Below, one piece after another: positions 10,091-21,263 of a stretch of 64,000 bases of DNA. This stretch comes from an uncultured delta proteobacterium (GTDB taxonomy: Bacteria > Desulfobacterota > Binatia > UBA9968), in the NCBI GenBank assembly GCA_963760795.1, contig CAVXEP010000001.1, positions 168,818-232,817 of the forward strand. The letters are read 5' to 3'. The first letter of the stretch is position 1, and each line of letters opens with the position of its first letter. The notes under the pieces were generated by a model. That model searched no databases, was not told the DNA's origin, and saw only the letters and a program-made list of their open reading frames with translations. A program made the position numbers and the translations under genes.

Positions 10091-11119
10091 CTACGGATTT
10101 TTCCAGAAGATTTCCATGTACTGTTTGTTGACCTCGTCGAAGCGCGCCATCATCTTCGGATTGACCGGATGGAGGCGGTAGCCGGCGGTTCTTTTGCGCA
10201 AGTCCGACTCGACGTTGGGGTTGGCCGGGTAACTGCCGATGACATTGGCGGTCAGGCTCTGGCCTTCCGGCGATAGTAAAAAGTCGACGAATAGCTTGGC
10301 GGCGTTGGGATGGCGCGCGTGGGCGTAGATGCCGAGCAAGTGGGTCGAGGCGGGGATCGGATTTCTCCCCGGCACCCATTCGATGGGCGCGCCGGCTTTC
10401 TGGATTTTCGCGAAGGTTTCCAGATAAGTATTAGCCAGCACCGGGAACTCACCCGCGGCCAGCAGTTGAGTCAGGAGATTTTTGTTCTCGCGCATGTAGA
10501 GGTCTTTGGCCGCGAGCTTTTTCATGAACGCCAGACCTTCGGCTTCGCCCATGATTTCCAACATCACCGCCATCCATGAACTGTCGCGGTAGTCCATGGC
10601 GATCTGCTTGGGCCGCCAGCGTGGATGCAGCAGGTCTTCATATTTTTTCGGCGCAATGTCCGGCGAAACTAATTTGGTATTGTAAGCCATGCCCTGGACG
10701 CCCAGGTGTAGGATGTTCCAGTAGCCATCGGAATCTTTTAGCGTCTCGGGGTATTTGGCGCGTTCGGGCGAATCGTATTTCATGATCAGCTTGCCGCGGG
10801 TCAACTCATTCCAAATCGTGAACGTTGCGCTGATGACGTCGGCTTCATGCTGTTGCGTGCGCGCTTCTAATTGAATCTTGGGGAGAAGCTTCTGCGTGTT
10901 GGCGCGATAGAGCGAGGTGTCGATGAACGGATATTTCTTCTTAAACTCGGCGAGCAAGGCGGTGGCGTTTTCCGTCAGCATGCTGACGTAGGCGACCAGC
11001 TTGCCCTCTTTTCTCGCGGCTTCGACGAGCTTCGGGTCGGCCGCACCGACCGTATGGGTGCACGCCACTGGGAATGCCAAAAATGCCAAAACCGCAAGTT
11101 GGCGTAGCAATATATTCAT
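10091..11119 (-). CDS. ABC transporter extracellular solute-binding protein
   Basis: Signal peptide, EAARKEGKL, HPNAAKLFVDFLLSPEGQ. Confidence 0.85.
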   Translation of the reverse strand: MNILLRQLAVLAFLAFPVACTHTVGAADPKLVEAARKEGKLVAYVSMLTENATALLAEFKKKYPFIDTSLYRANTQKLLPKIQLEARTQQHEADVISATFTIWNELTRGKLIMKYDSPERAKYPETLKDSDGYWNILHLGVQGMAYNTKLVSPDIAPKKYEDLLHPRWRPKQIAMDYRDSSWMAVMLEIMGEAEGLAFMKKLAAKDLYMRENKNLLTQLLAAGEFPVLANTYLETFAKIQKAGAPIEWVPGRNPIPASTHLLGIYAHARHPNAAKLFVDFLLSPEGQSLTANVIGSYPANPNVESDLRKRTAGYRLHPVNPKMMARFDEVNKQYMEIFWKNP

Positions 11120-11261
11120 GAGCATCCCTCGCGAGGACAATTTGTTCCGTGGCCGGGAAGGATCAAGCCGTTGGCCGACCCTGAGCGTTCATACCGCAAT
11201 TCTTTAGCCGAAGGCGCGGAACTGTCAAGGCGAAAATTTAGTTTTCAACGACGGAACTGTT

Positions 11262-12569
11262 CTAACGGATCAGCCGGGCGCGCGGCAGGGCGAGATAAAT
11301 GACCGCCATGCTGAGGGCGCCGGTTAGGCTGAGCGCGGCGGTGGCCCACTGGGCACCGATCCACGACGCGAGGGCGCCGATCAAGATGCCGCCGACGAGC
11401 AAAATTACATGGGTCATGTGATAGAGTGCCATGGTGCGGCCGCGAAACTCCTTGGGCGAGTAGGTCTGGATGACAGTTTGCGCCAGGGCGTGGGAGGTGA
11501 CATGAACGACGCCGACCAGCCCCATCAGCAGCACCGATAGTTTGAACCAGGGCGAGAGCGCGAAGGCGGCGATGATGATGCCGTACATAGTCACGCCCCC
11601 CAGCATGATATTGATCCGCGGCACGCGGTCGCCGAAGGATGCGATCAGGACTGAGCTGAACAGCGCGCCGATACCCATGGCGCTGAGCAGCAGTCCTTGC
11701 CCGGTGGCGCCGACATGGAGCACGTCGCGGGCGAAGACCGGCAACAGCGTCATGAATGGAATGATGAAGATCGATGCGCAGATAACTATCGACAGGCTGG
11801 CGCGCACCGCCTCGTTGCGCCAACTGAATTTCCAGCCTTCAATGATGCTCTCGCCGAAGGATTCCTCGTGGCCATGTTTGTCCCGGGTAATCCTTAGCGG
11901 AGTTTGTCCGACGCGCAGTTGCCAGGTCCAGATGGTGGCGAGAAAATAGCAAATGGCTTGCGCCGTATAGGCGCCTCCGGTGCCGACGAGGGCGATGAGA
12001 AAGCCCGCGAACGCGGGGCCGGCGCTGCGTGCAACATTGAAGATAATCGAATTCAACCCGATGGCGTTGGTGATATGTTCTGTTGGCACAGCGTCGCCGA
12101 CCATGGCGGCGCGCGACGGCTGCTGGAACGACTGCACGATCGACATGCCGAAGGCTGTGACAAAAACATGCCAGGGCTCGATGCGCCCTGCGAAAATTAA
12201 GATCGCCACGACGACGTAGAGCAGGCCGTCGACGATTTGGGCGATCAAGATCTGATTTTTGCGCGAGTAACGGTCCGCCGCGCTCCCGGCCAGGGGCGAG
12301 AGCAGCAGAATCGGGATCGCTTGGACGCCGCGCACCAGGCCCAGCTGAAGTGTGGAATTGGTCAATTCGTAGAGCAGCCAGCCACGCGCGACCTGATCCA
12401 TCCAGGTGGCCATCGACGCGAAGATCTGGCCAAACCAGATCAACCGGTATTCGCGGTAATGCAGGGCCTCGAAGATGCGCAGAGCGCCGAGGGAGCCAAG
12501 CATACCGCGCGGCTGCGCGGCTTTGACTTCCGCATCGGCCGGCTGTGCCGTGGGCGTTTCGTCGCTCAT
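11262..12569 (-). CDS. MFS transporter (MFS_3/DHA3-like)
   Basis: About 12 hydrophobic segments; GSAADRYSRK motif A; EFRGRTMA. Confidence 0.88.
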   Translation of the reverse strand: MSDETPTAQPADAEVKAAQPRGMLGSLGALRIFEALHYREYRLIWFGQIFASMATWMDQVARGWLLYELTNSTLQLGLVRGVQAIPILLLSPLAGSAADRYSRKNQILIAQIVDGLLYVVVAILIFAGRIEPWHVFVTAFGMSIVQSFQQPSRAAMVGDAVPTEHITNAIGLNSIIFNVARSAGPAFAGFLIALVGTGGAYTAQAICYFLATIWTWQLRVGQTPLRITRDKHGHEESFGESIIEGWKFSWRNEAVRASLSIVICASIFIIPFMTLLPVFARDVLHVGATGQGLLLSAMGIGALFSSVLIASFGDRVPRINIMLGGVTMYGIIIAAFALSPWFKLSVLLMGLVGVVHVTSHALAQTVIQTYSPKEFRGRTMALYHMTHVILLVGGILIGALASWIGAQWATAALSLTGALSMAVIYLALPRARLIR

Positions 12570-12675
12570 GCCGACAGTCTCAATCCGGCTAAATTGACGC
12601 TAGACTGCCGCCTTGTAGCGGTGTTGAGCACGCAGCGCTTCATGCGCCGCACCATCGATGGCCGATTGTCGACAT

Positions 12676-14358
12676 CTACGCCCGAGTCAGTTGGCGATAC
12701 TTGATGCGGTGCGGCCGTTCGGCGGCGTCGCCCATGCGCGCTTTGCGATCGGCTTCGTAGTCGGAATAATTGCCGTCGAACCAGGTCACTTTGCTGTCGC
12801 CTTCGAAGGCGAGGATGTGGGTGGCGATGCGGTCGAGAAACCAGCGGTCATGGGAGATCACCACGGCGCAGCCGGCGAAATTTTCCAGCGCTTCTTCAAG
12901 GGCGCGCAGGGTATTGACGTCCAGGTCGTTGGTCGGTTCGTCGAGCAGGATGACGTTGGCGCCTTCCTTCAACATTTTCGCCAAATGCACCCGGTTGCGT
13001 TCGCCGCCGGAGAGCGAGCCGACTTTTTTCTGCTGGTCGGTGCCGGAGAAGTTGAAGCGCGCCACATAGGCGCGCGAGTTGACCTCGCGGTTGCCGATCT
13101 TCAGCAAATCGGCGCCACCGGAAATCTCTTCCCAGATGTTTTTATTCGGATCGAGAGTGCGGCTTTGATCGACATAGGCCAGCGCGACGGTGTCGCCAAT
13201 GCGGATTTTGCCGCTGTCGGGTTTCTCTTGCCCGGTGATCATGCGGAAAAGCGTCGTTTTGCCGGCGCCGTTGGGGCCGATGACACCGACGATGCCGCCC
13301 GGCGGCAGCTTGAAAGTCATGCCATCGACTAACAGGTTATCGCCGTAGGCTTTGCTGACCTTTTCCGCTTCGATGACGACATTGCCCAGGCGCGGACCCG
13401 GCGGAATCGGGATTTCAAGATCGTCGCGCCGCTTTTGCGACTCCTGATCGAGCAGCGCTTCGTAGGCGGTGATGCGCGCCTTGCCCTTGGCTTGGCGCGC
13501 TTTCGGCGACATGCGAATCCATTCGAGCTCGCGCTGCAGCGTCCTCTGCCGTTCGCTTTCGGATTTTTCCTGTTGGCGCAGCCGTTCCTGTTTCTGTTCC
13601 AGCCATGACGTGTAGTTGCCTTTGAACGGGATGCCCTGGCCGCGGTCGAGCTCGAGGATCCAGCCGGCGACGTTGTCGAGGAAATAGCGGTCATGGGTGA
13701 CCGCGATGATCGTGCCGGGATAATTCTGCAGGTGATGTTCGAGCCAGGCCACCGATTCGGCGTCGAGATGGTTAGTCGGCTCGTCGAGCAGCAGAATATC
13801 CGGCTTCTGCAAAAGCAAGCGGCACATGGCGACACGGCGGCGCTCGCCGCCGGACAAAATTTTCACCGGCGTCTCCGGCGCTGGACAACGCAGCGCGTCC
13901 ATCGCCATCTCCAGCCGCGCATCCAAATCCCAGGCGTCGAGATGATCGAGCTTCTCCTGCACCTCGCCCTGGCGTTCGAGCAGCTTGTTCATGTCGTCGT
14001 CGGACATTTCCTCGGCGAACTTGGCGTTGATCGCTTCGAATTCTTTGAGCAGATTGACGGTCTCCTGCACCGCTTCTTCGACTACTTGGCGCACCGTGCG
14101 CGCGTCGTCGATCAGCGGCTCCTGCTCCAGGAAGCCGACGGTATAGCCCGGCGAGAGCACGGCTTCGCCGTTAAACTCCTTGTCCACCCCCGCCATGATG
14201 CGCAAAAGCGACGACTTGCCCGAGCCGTTGAGACCGATGACGCCGATCTTGGCGCCATAGAAGTAGGAAAGATAAATGTCCTTCAGCACGGCGCGCTTGT
14301 CGTAATTCTTGCCGACGCCGACCATGGAATAGATTATTTTATTGGGTTCAATACTCAT
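12676..14358 (-). CDS. ettA: Energy-dependent translational throttle protein EttA (ABC-F)
   Basis: [25 protein letters not shown]; two ABC domains; [18 protein letters not shown] linker; C-terminal PHRIKYRQL. Confidence 0.95.
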   Translation of the reverse strand: MSIEPNKIIYSMVGVGKNYDKRAVLKDIYLSYFYGAKIGVIGLNGSGKSSLLRIMAGVDKEFNGEAVLSPGYTVGFLEQEPLIDDARTVRQVVEEAVQETVNLLKEFEAINAKFAEEMSDDDMNKLLERQGEVQEKLDHLDAWDLDARLEMAMDALRCPAPETPVKILSGGERRRVAMCRLLLQKPDILLLDEPTNHLDAESVAWLEHHLQNYPGTIIAVTHDRYFLDNVAGWILELDRGQGIPFKGNYTSWLEQKQERLRQQEKSESERQRTLQRELEWIRMSPKARQAKGKARITAYEALLDQESQKRRDDLEIPIPPGPRLGNVVIEAEKVSKAYGDNLLVDGMTFKLPPGGIVGVIGPNGAGKTTLFRMITGQEKPDSGKIRIGDTVALAYVDQSRTLDPNKNIWEEISGGADLLKIGNREVNSRAYVARFNFSGTDQQKKVGSLSGGERNRVHLAKMLKEGANVILLDEPTNDLDVNTLRALEEALENFAGCAVVISHDRWFLDRIATHILAFEGDSKVTWFDGNYSDYEADRKARMGDAAERPHRIKYRQLTRA

Positions 14359-14476
14359 AATTTGAATTTGTCCTGTATCCTAAATAAATTCGTTGGCTGC
14401 AAATTAGCAGGACGCCCAGCGGCCTGCGCCGATTGTTTGACTTTCCAAATCACCGCGAATGGGCAATAGCCCCGCT

Positions 14477-15715
14477 TTAAGTGACTCCTTCAGGCGCCGC
14501 CGCGGAGTTTCTGCTATTACAAGCAATGCGAAGGCCGAAGTAGGTTAATAAAAATGCCGGAGCCAGCCAAAAATAATTGGAGTCTGTCGTCACGATAAGC
14601 TTTCCGGCCAAATAACAAGCGTTAATCCCACCGTATAAAAGCACTATCGCGGATTTGTGCCAGGGCAAACTTTGCCGCGTTAGGATCGCAAGACCATGAA
14701 TAACCGCGGGCAGAAGAATGACCAGATCGTATGTCCAGGCGTATGCGCTCAAAGTAAGAGACACTAACAACATCATCGGAGCCTGCTCGGGCCAATTCCA
14801 ATGCTCCTTGTGGTTTTGCCAGTGCGACAAAAACCATAACGTTCCTACGAACGGCGGTAGGAACTGAATCGGCATTTGCCCGTGAGGTAAATAACGGGTT
14901 AGCAAGCTGCCGAGGCTCGGAGCCGGCAATTCAAACGGTGTGGACTGTCCAGGGGAGCGGTACATTTCGAGAAACTGCTGATATATCCCTGGATCGAAAA
15001 TCGCTGGTATGGTGGCAACGACTAAACCCGCCACCATCGCTCCGAAAGCCACTCGCCAGCGCCGCTCCTTGCAGATCCAAAGAATCAAGCCGAGCCAAAA
15101 TAGATAGAACAAATGCGGCTTCACTGAAATTATCACTGTTGAAACGCCCGCCAAGAAGAGTTGGTTTTTCCTTTCAAAATGGAGAAAGCCGACAATTCCC
15201 AGGAGGACGAGCGCTGACATCTGGCCGATGATCAAGACCATCCAGGTTGGCAGTAGCGTGAACGCGACAATCCAAGGGCGATACGGGTTCGCTGCGGAAA
15301 GACCATAAATCGCCCATAGCTTCTGCGCCGACAGCAGTATGAAGAAAACGTTCAATAGCAACCAACAGAATTGACTGAGCCGGAAGTCCATGGCCCCGAA
15401 CGGTAGCAGGAAAGAAAGCGTCCATGGCGGATGCCAAATCAACAGGGGCTTGGTTTCGCTCATTCCTGCAGTTCGCTGCAGCTGTAAGACTTCCGCAGGC
15501 GAGAATGGATTGCCACCATCGATCAGCAATCGCGATGACGCCCAAAAACTGACGAAATCCGTCAGGGCAACTGTGTCAGTGGGCTCGCGGGATTCGCCAA
15601 ACACCATTGTCTGACCGAGTGTGCAAAAAAGGCAAACAATTACGCAACCCGTTGCGCTGAACCACGATAGCTTTTGGTTATTGGAGCGTCTTGTCATTTT
15701 CTGCGCGGCATCCAT
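14477..15715 (-). CDS. GT-C membrane glycosyltransferase (GT87/DUF2029-like)
   Basis: DFVSFW, NPF, WHPPW, GQ, VKPHL and AWTYD motifs; multiple TM segments. Confidence 0.75.
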   Translation of the reverse strand: MDAAQKMTRRSNNQKLSWFSATGCVIVCLFCTLGQTMVFGESREPTDTVALTDFVSFWASSRLLIDGGNPFSPAEVLQLQRTAGMSETKPLLIWHPPWTLSFLLPFGAMDFRLSQFCWLLLNVFFILLSAQKLWAIYGLSAANPYRPWIVAFTLLPTWMVLIIGQMSALVLLGIVGFLHFERKNQLFLAGVSTVIISVKPHLFYLFWLGLILWICKERRWRVAFGAMVAGLVVATIPAIFDPGIYQQFLEMYRSPGQSTPFELPAPSLGSLLTRYLPHGQMPIQFLPPFVGTLWFLSHWQNHKEHWNWPEQAPMMLLVSLTLSAYAWTYDLVILLPAVIHGLAILTRQSLPWHKSAIVLLYGGINACYLAGKLIVTTDSNYFWLAPAFLLTYFGLRIACNSRNSAAAPEGVT

Positions 15716-15909
15716 GACGGTAAAGCGGCGTCGCGCGCTACTGGAAACGCACGCGTCAGTTTAGCCGGCAGATCGGGATGTTTGGGTCAGCGCGATCACG
15801 TGTATGATCGGATTGATGCCGGTCGTTTTCGAATTTACCAAGAGCTTGAGAAAGCCACGGGTCACACCTTTACATCGCAACAATCTGGGCCGACCCGCGC
15901 CATAACTTA

Positions 15910-16791
15910 TTAGCGCACTGCGGCGAGGACTTCTTCATACACATCCAAGATCTCTTCCTTTTCGAGATGGAGAAAATGTCCCACACCCTTAATCGTGCGC
16001 ATCTCCGCGTGGGCAATCTGCGCAGCTAACGACCGAACATCTTCGGCGTCAATGATGACGTCGTTCTCGCCATGCAAAAGCATGGTCTGGCAGCGGACTT
16101 TGCTGAGATCGACGACCTCGGTCAAATCGCGTACCGATATGACCGTTAGTCCATGCTGACAAAAAGCCTCTATCGCCTCTTTGCTCATGCGTTGAAACTG
16201 GCCGAGTATTCGACCCTTCATCGCGTCCGGCAGCTCTTGACCAACACCCTGGATCACGGTCTCGGCCACGGTTGATCCGTCTTTGCTCGGCATGGCCAAT
16301 CCCTTGGTGATCAACTCGATCATCGCTTTATTCGCCTTCATCCCCATGCTGGCCAAGATCAAACTTTTCAGCCTGTCCGGATGGCGCGCCGCGTAGGCCA
16401 GCGCCACGACACCGCCCCACGACGCCGAACAAATCGTCGGCTGTTCCGCTCCGCTCGTCGCCTTAACCACGGCATCCAATATTTCGACCTGCTCGTCCAG
16501 GGTAACCGTGCCTGATCCCGTAACTATCTCGCTTGTACCCTGATGCGGGAAGTCAAACAAAACGATCCGATAGCTCTGCTCAAATCGACGGACGAAACTA
16601 TGCCACATGGCCATCGATTGCTGGATTCCATTGATAAAAACCAGGGTATCTTCCGCGTCGCCGTACACTCGGTAAGGGATCACAAAGCGCTGAACTTGCA
16701 GTTTTCCTTTGTTTAGCGGCGTCACTGCTTTGCTCGTGACCTTGCTGCCGCCGGTCACCCTGCGCGCCTTAGGATGCTTTGCTAGATTCAT
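15910..16791 (-). CDS. Alpha/beta hydrolase, RhlA/PhaG-like acyltransferase
   Basis: FING, VLFDFPHQG, EQVEIL, SASWGG nucleophile elbow and GHFLHLE resemble RhlA motifs recalled from memory. Confidence 0.7.
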   Translation of the reverse strand: MNLAKHPKARRVTGGSKVTSKAVTPLNKGKLQVQRFVIPYRVYGDAEDTLVFINGIQQSMAMWHSFVRRFEQSYRIVLFDFPHQGTSEIVTGSGTVTLDEQVEILDAVVKATSGAEQPTICSASWGGVVALAYAARHPDRLKSLILASMGMKANKAMIELITKGLAMPSKDGSTVAETVIQGVGQELPDAMKGRILGQFQRMSKEAIEAFCQHGLTVISVRDLTEVVDLSKVRCQTMLLHGENDVIIDAEDVRSLAAQIAHAEMRTIKGVGHFLHLEKEEILDVYEEVLAAVR

Positions 16792-17089
16792 TTCGGTTTG
16801 GTCCTGTTTGGTATATGTCAACTTGCCCGCCGCTGGCAAAAGGTGTCTTGCCTGTATGCACCACTCTGCCGCTTTAGACCTTCAACCTCTGCCGCTCCGG
16901 CGCCGAGCGGCCGCGGATCGACGGCCCGATAATTTAGCGTAACAGAAATATGACCGATAAGACAAATAAGATGATCCTGACCGGAGTACTTCCTCGACCT
17001 CGCAACCTGACATCGCAAACCGCGCACGCCTCGATACGCTCACCGTGACGCCGACAACTAAAAGCTTTTTCTACAATGTCTTCGGTATT

Positions 17090-17518
17090 TTACCCGCTGA
17101 CGTAGCGCACGAGTTGCTCGATCAGGAACTGCTGATCGGCGATGATCGACTTCACGATATCGCCGATCGAGATGAGACCGACGAGTTTGCCGTCTTCGAT
17201 GACGGGAAGGTGCCGGGTGCGTTTTTCGGTCATCAGGGACATGCATTCTTCAATCGTTTGGTCGAGGTGAATATACATGACCGGGGTTATCATGATTTCC
17301 TTGACCAGCGTGGTTGGAGAAGTGCGGCCCGCGAGTACGACTTTGCGCGCGTATTCGCGCTCTGATATGAGGCCGACGACCTGCGCGGCTTCCGTGACCA
17401 CTAGGGCGCCGACTTCCTTTTCGGCCATGCGTCGGAGCGCGTCGAATACCGTGGCATCGGGCGCGACGCACCAAACATCGGTTCCCTTAACTTTTAGGAT
17501 GTCTCGGATTGTCTGCAT
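17090..17518 (-). CDS. CBS domain-containing protein
   Basis: MQTIRDILKVKG...GLISEREYARKV...RHLPV...GLISIGDIVK. Confidence 0.9.
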   Translation of the reverse strand: MQTIRDILKVKGTDVWCVAPDATVFDALRRMAEKEVGALVVTEAAQVVGLISEREYARKVVLAGRTSPTTLVKEIMITPVMYIHLDQTIEECMSLMTEKRTRHLPVIEDGKLVGLISIGDIVKSIIADQQFLIEQLVRYVSG

Positions 17519-18013
17519 GGGCGACCTCCATATCGATGCAGTCGGGACTGGTAAACGACTTATACAACCAAAAGAGCGCGCACTTCCATATTTGCCTCCA
17601 AAACTAGTTGCCGCTGGTGACGAAAACGGGGATAAAACAATCCGGGTAAAACTAATTGACTCTGTTTCCCGGCCTGGATATGCTCCCGTTCGGCACTCTA
17701 GTTCGGCACGATCAGTCGGCGTAATTTTTTTGCCAGGAGGCGTGAAAGTCAATGAAGATTTCTGCCGAGTTGTTGGCCCTGCTTTTCATCGTTTTATTGT
17801 CGTCGAGCTGCGCAGCGCTTCGTGGTTCCGGAGACTACACTCCTGAGCCAATCAATTGGCACGACTATGCCGATTGCTGATTCTGTCAATCGCTAGGCGC
17901 CGTTTCCTTCGACAGCCTGGGCTCCGCGTTCATAAACAGGGCGTCATAACCCCCGGCGCAAATTCACAATAGCCAGCCAAGCATCACGACGGCGGTGGGC
18001 CGGGTTTCGTCGT

Positions 18014-19054
18014 CTACGGCACCAACACGCTCTTCAATTTCAAGACCATCCCAGCGTCGAGCTTGTATAAGCCCGCGACCAGGCTGTCGATCACTTCACC
18101 GCCCACGGGTGTGACGGCGAGGTTGGCTTTGTGCATCTCGGCGAGAAATTCGGGATCCTTCAGCGTGTCGAGAAAGCTTTTGCGCAGAGTGCGTACCAGG
18201 TCTTTGTTGGTGGCGGGTGGTAAGAAGTAGAGGTACTGCAATACCGCTACGTCCTGGACGGCGTATTTTAAGATTTGTTTGGCTTCATCCGATTTCGCGA
18301 AATCGATGGCCAACGGCACGTTGGCCAGCTCGGAATGTTTCTTCGGCGCGACTTGAAGAACCACCGAGACATCGCCACTGTCAATCGACTTGCGCCACAG
18401 AAGTTTTATTCCTTCCCAGGCCGCGCAGAAGCCCGCGAGCTCGCCGGCATCGGCTGCCAGGCGCACGTCGGCGGCGCCCTTGTAGCCGTCGATGACGCGG
18501 GCGGGAAGCGTCGGCAGCGCTGCCTTCACCGTGCGCGCGATGTCGGATGGGCCGGTGCCGGGGCCGATGCCGCCCAGCTTCACCGGCTCCTTGGCGGCGA
18601 ACCAGCGCTCCATGCTGGTGACGCCGCTCGCCTTGGTCAACGCGCATACCGGGTGAAATTCCGTGGGCACGCCGATGAATTCAAATTTCCGGCTGTCGAA
18701 CTCGATGCCGCGGGCGCCCAAGATTTGCTGCAGGATGAAGCTGCCTTGGTTGTTACCGATGGTCAGGCCGTCGGGTTTGGCGCGTTGAAACATGAAGTTG
18801 GCTTGGATGAAGCCGCCGGCACCGGTCATGTTCTCAACGACGATGGTCGGATTGCCCGGCACATGTTTGCCGAAGTGGCGGGCGATGACGCGGGTGTAAG
18901 CGTCAAACGTACCGCCGGGGCTGAAGGCGACGATGAAGCGGATCGTCTTGCCTTTGTAGTAGTCGTGGCTGGAAGTATGAGCCGCGCCGGCCGGGCCGAG
19001 AACGCTGAAAGCGAATCCGAGGAGGATTGGCCGCAAAGAACGCAAAGGTCGCAA
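18014..19054 (-). CDS. Tripartite tricarboxylate transporter substrate-binding protein (Bug/TctC family); start codon uncertain
   Basis: YYKGKTIRFIVAFSPGGTFD, PGNPTIVVENMTGAGG, AKPDGLT, DPEFLAE. Confidence 0.88.
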   Translation of the reverse strand: MRPLRSLRPILLGFAFSVLGPAGAAHTSSHDYYKGKTIRFIVAFSPGGTFDAYTRVIARHFGKHVPGNPTIVVENMTGAGGFIQANFMFQRAKPDGLTIGNNQGSFILQQILGARGIEFDSRKFEFIGVPTEFHPVCALTKASGVTSMERWFAAKEPVKLGGIGPGTGPSDIARTVKAALPTLPARVIDGYKGAADVRLAADAGELAGFCAAWEGIKLLWRKSIDSGDVSVVLQVAPKKHSELANVPLAIDFAKSDEAKQILKYAVQDVAVLQYLYFLPPATNKDLVRTLRKSFLDTLKDPEFLAEMHKANLAVTPVGGEVIDSLVAGLYKLDAGMVLKLKSVLVP

Positions 19055-19055
19055 A
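19028..19055. repeat. Dispersed 9-bp-period element GGCCGCAAAGAACGCAAAG (other copies near 21206-21238 reverse, 26233-26262, 40898-40927, 44401-44430)
   Basis: Near-identical copies read directly, e.g. 26231 gaatggccgcaaagaacgcaaagggcgcaaaa versus the reverse complement of 21206-21239. Confidence 0.75.
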
Positions 19056-19331
19056 ATAAATATTCGGCAAATCTCCCGCAAAGCATGTCCTGAGCTACGT
19101 CGAAGGGGCGCTAAGGCGCAAAAATGACGGGCGATGCCCGTCATCGTGACCGAAGGCTCGGGATCTAAAAAATATTTTGCCCCTCGGTCGAAATGATAAA
19201 AAATCCGAACATGGCGACTTTGCGCCTTTGCGGGAAAGATATCCGAATCCGTGAGTTTGTGATCCTTAGCAGTTGTGCTCAAACCCGAAAAATTTTTAGG
19301 CATCGTCGCAAATCCTCGCGATCCGAGAACA

Positions 19332-21140
19332 TCACTTGCCGAGCTTCTTTTCCTCAGCCAGCCATTTGGCGAATACGCGCAGGGAGACGTTGTTGGAGGC
19401 GCCGCCGTCCGGTGGGCCGTTGAAGACGGTGATCTTGACGGTGCGATCGCCGTAGATGCCGGGATGCTGTTCGGGGCCGGGGTAGTTGAAGCGGTGTGGC
19501 GTGGCGCTGGCGATGACATTGGCGGGCACGCGCGCTTTGAGTGTGCGGATGTCGACGAAGGTCGTTGGCACAGCCATGTCGTCGATGCGGACAATCGAGT
19601 TGGAGACAAAGCCGACGCCTTCGACGGTGATCTCGAAGGCCGCAGTGCCCTCGGCGACCGTGTTGGGCGTTATCGCGCTAAGCTCGGGTGCGGGAGTGCT
19701 AGGGATCGCGCCGCCAACTATGACTTGGCCGGTGTAGTGCGGCGTGTAGCCGAGCTCCATGAACCGGCCGCCTTTCATCACCCGCTCGATCTTTTTGGTG
19801 TTCTCGATATTCGCCAGCGGATTGGCCGAGAGAATGACGAGATCGGCGTTGGCGCCCTCGCCGATGTGACCGACCGGTGGTTTGGTTGGGGTCTTCTTTC
19901 TTGCCGTGAGCATTTCGGCGCCCCACAGCGACAGCGACTGCAGCGCCTGCATCGGCGTCAAACCCGCTTCCACCAGCATCGCCATTTCCATGTGCACGCT
20001 CAAACCGCAGGTGCCAACCGATGGGTCGTCGGTGCCGCCGATGATCTTGCCGCCGAGATCGACCCAGCGCTTGGTGAATTCCTGGGATAAGCGGAAGGCG
20101 TCTTTGAATTCCTGCAAATCTTTCGGTGTGAGATTGGCCAGTGGCACCGGATTCTCATAGCGGTTGGAGAATGTCCGCACGGCGCGGTATTTCAACAGCA
20201 AGCTATCGGCGAGATTGCGCGGATAGTAGGTCATCAGCGCGGCGTTGCGATAGACCTCATAGACGTCGCCTTCATGCTTGCGCGCCAGGGTGCTCTGGGA
20301 ACCGAGTTCGTAGACCAGAGTTGGATTTAAATAGGCGCCGCGGCCGATGGACTCTTTGATCATCTGGTCGATGCGCGCTTTGTCTGTGAGAAACGATCCC
20401 CAATGGAGGTACTTGCCGGTCTGAAAGCCATGCAATTCATCTGGAGTCATCAAATGCTGAGCGTAGCCCCAGATATGCTCGATGCCGTCGTGGCCGGCGC
20501 GGCTCGATGCCGGCGCATCCTCAGTGTGACCGAAAATAAATAGGCCGGCCTCATGCATCAGCTCCGCCGCCCACGCATAGGCTTGCTTGTTGCGCTCATT
20601 GTAGGACGGCAGCACGGCGAAGTCCGGCTTCTTGGCAATCCACTCTTTGAATTGTTCGCGCACTTGTTCGCGCGTCATATTCGGCGCCAGTGGAAACCGA
20701 TCGGCGTTGCCGAAGTAGCGCGGCGTTCGCGTCGCGGGCTGCTGAGACGCGCGCACGGCCTCGAGAGTGTTACCGTTGGCGCCCCAGGGATTGAGTATGA
20801 AAATGCTGGTGACGCCGTGATTCAAGTACAGCTCGCCGCAAAAGGGCCGGCTATGGGTGTGGCTGTCGACCAGTCCCGGTATGACGAATTTGCCGGCGAC
20901 ATTGATGACGTTTGCGTTGGCGGGATAATTCGTTTCTTTGCCGCCCACCGCGGTGAACTTGCCATCGTCGATGACGATCACCGATTCCGGGATCGCTGCC
21001 CTGCCGGTGCCGTCGATCAACGTGGCGCCGGTCAATACCGTCGTGCCCGGTGCGCTCTGCTGGGTGAAGCCATCGCGGCGCAGCAGCGCAATAGCGATCA
21101 CGGCAACGATGGTGAAAATTACCCTTCGTGCAGGTATCAT
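19332..21140 (-). CDS. Secreted amidohydrolase family protein with a C-terminal IPT/TIG-like domain
   Basis: Signal peptide; GATLIDGTG; PGLVDSHTH; GTDD; ADLVIL; C-terminal PELSAITP...ITVEGVGF. Confidence 0.8.
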   Translation of the reverse strand: MIPARRVIFTIVAVIAIALLRRDGFTQQSAPGTTVLTGATLIDGTGRAAIPESVIVIDDGKFTAVGGKETNYPANANVINVAGKFVIPGLVDSHTHSRPFCGELYLNHGVTSIFILNPWGANGNTLEAVRASQQPATRTPRYFGNADRFPLAPNMTREQVREQFKEWIAKKPDFAVLPSYNERNKQAYAWAAELMHEAGLFIFGHTEDAPASSRAGHDGIEHIWGYAQHLMTPDELHGFQTGKYLHWGSFLTDKARIDQMIKESIGRGAYLNPTLVYELGSQSTLARKHEGDVYEVYRNAALMTYYPRNLADSLLLKYRAVRTFSNRYENPVPLANLTPKDLQEFKDAFRLSQEFTKRWVDLGGKIIGGTDDPSVGTCGLSVHMEMAMLVEAGLTPMQALQSLSLWGAEMLTARKKTPTKPPVGHIGEGANADLVILSANPLANIENTKKIERVMKGGRFMELGYTPHYTGQVIVGGAIPSTPAPELSAITPNTVAEGTAAFEITVEGVGFVSNSIVRIDDMAVPTTFVDIRTLKARVPANVIASATPHRFNYPGPEQHPGIYGDRTVKITVFNGPPDGGASNNVSLRVFAKWLAEEKKLGK

Positions 21141-21263
21141 TTTTGCCTCCTTGCGCTGAACTGCAGAGGGCGGATTTCAATCCCGCCTCAAAGAATCCCG
21201 ATGGCTTTTTTTGCGCCCTTTGCGTTCTCTGCGGCCATTCCCCGATTCCGGTTCATCGTCGCA

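Noticed and set aside
12658-14469. Long antisense ORFs opposite ettA (similar ones at 798-1799, 3062-4285, 41146-42414, 59399-60637)
   Set aside because: Shadow ORFs of GC-rich genes with no recognisable motifs
19055-19609. Long N-terminal extension of the TctC ORF (531 aa)
   Set aside because: Runs through repeat DNA and overlaps the amidohydrolase; family similarity begins only near 19000
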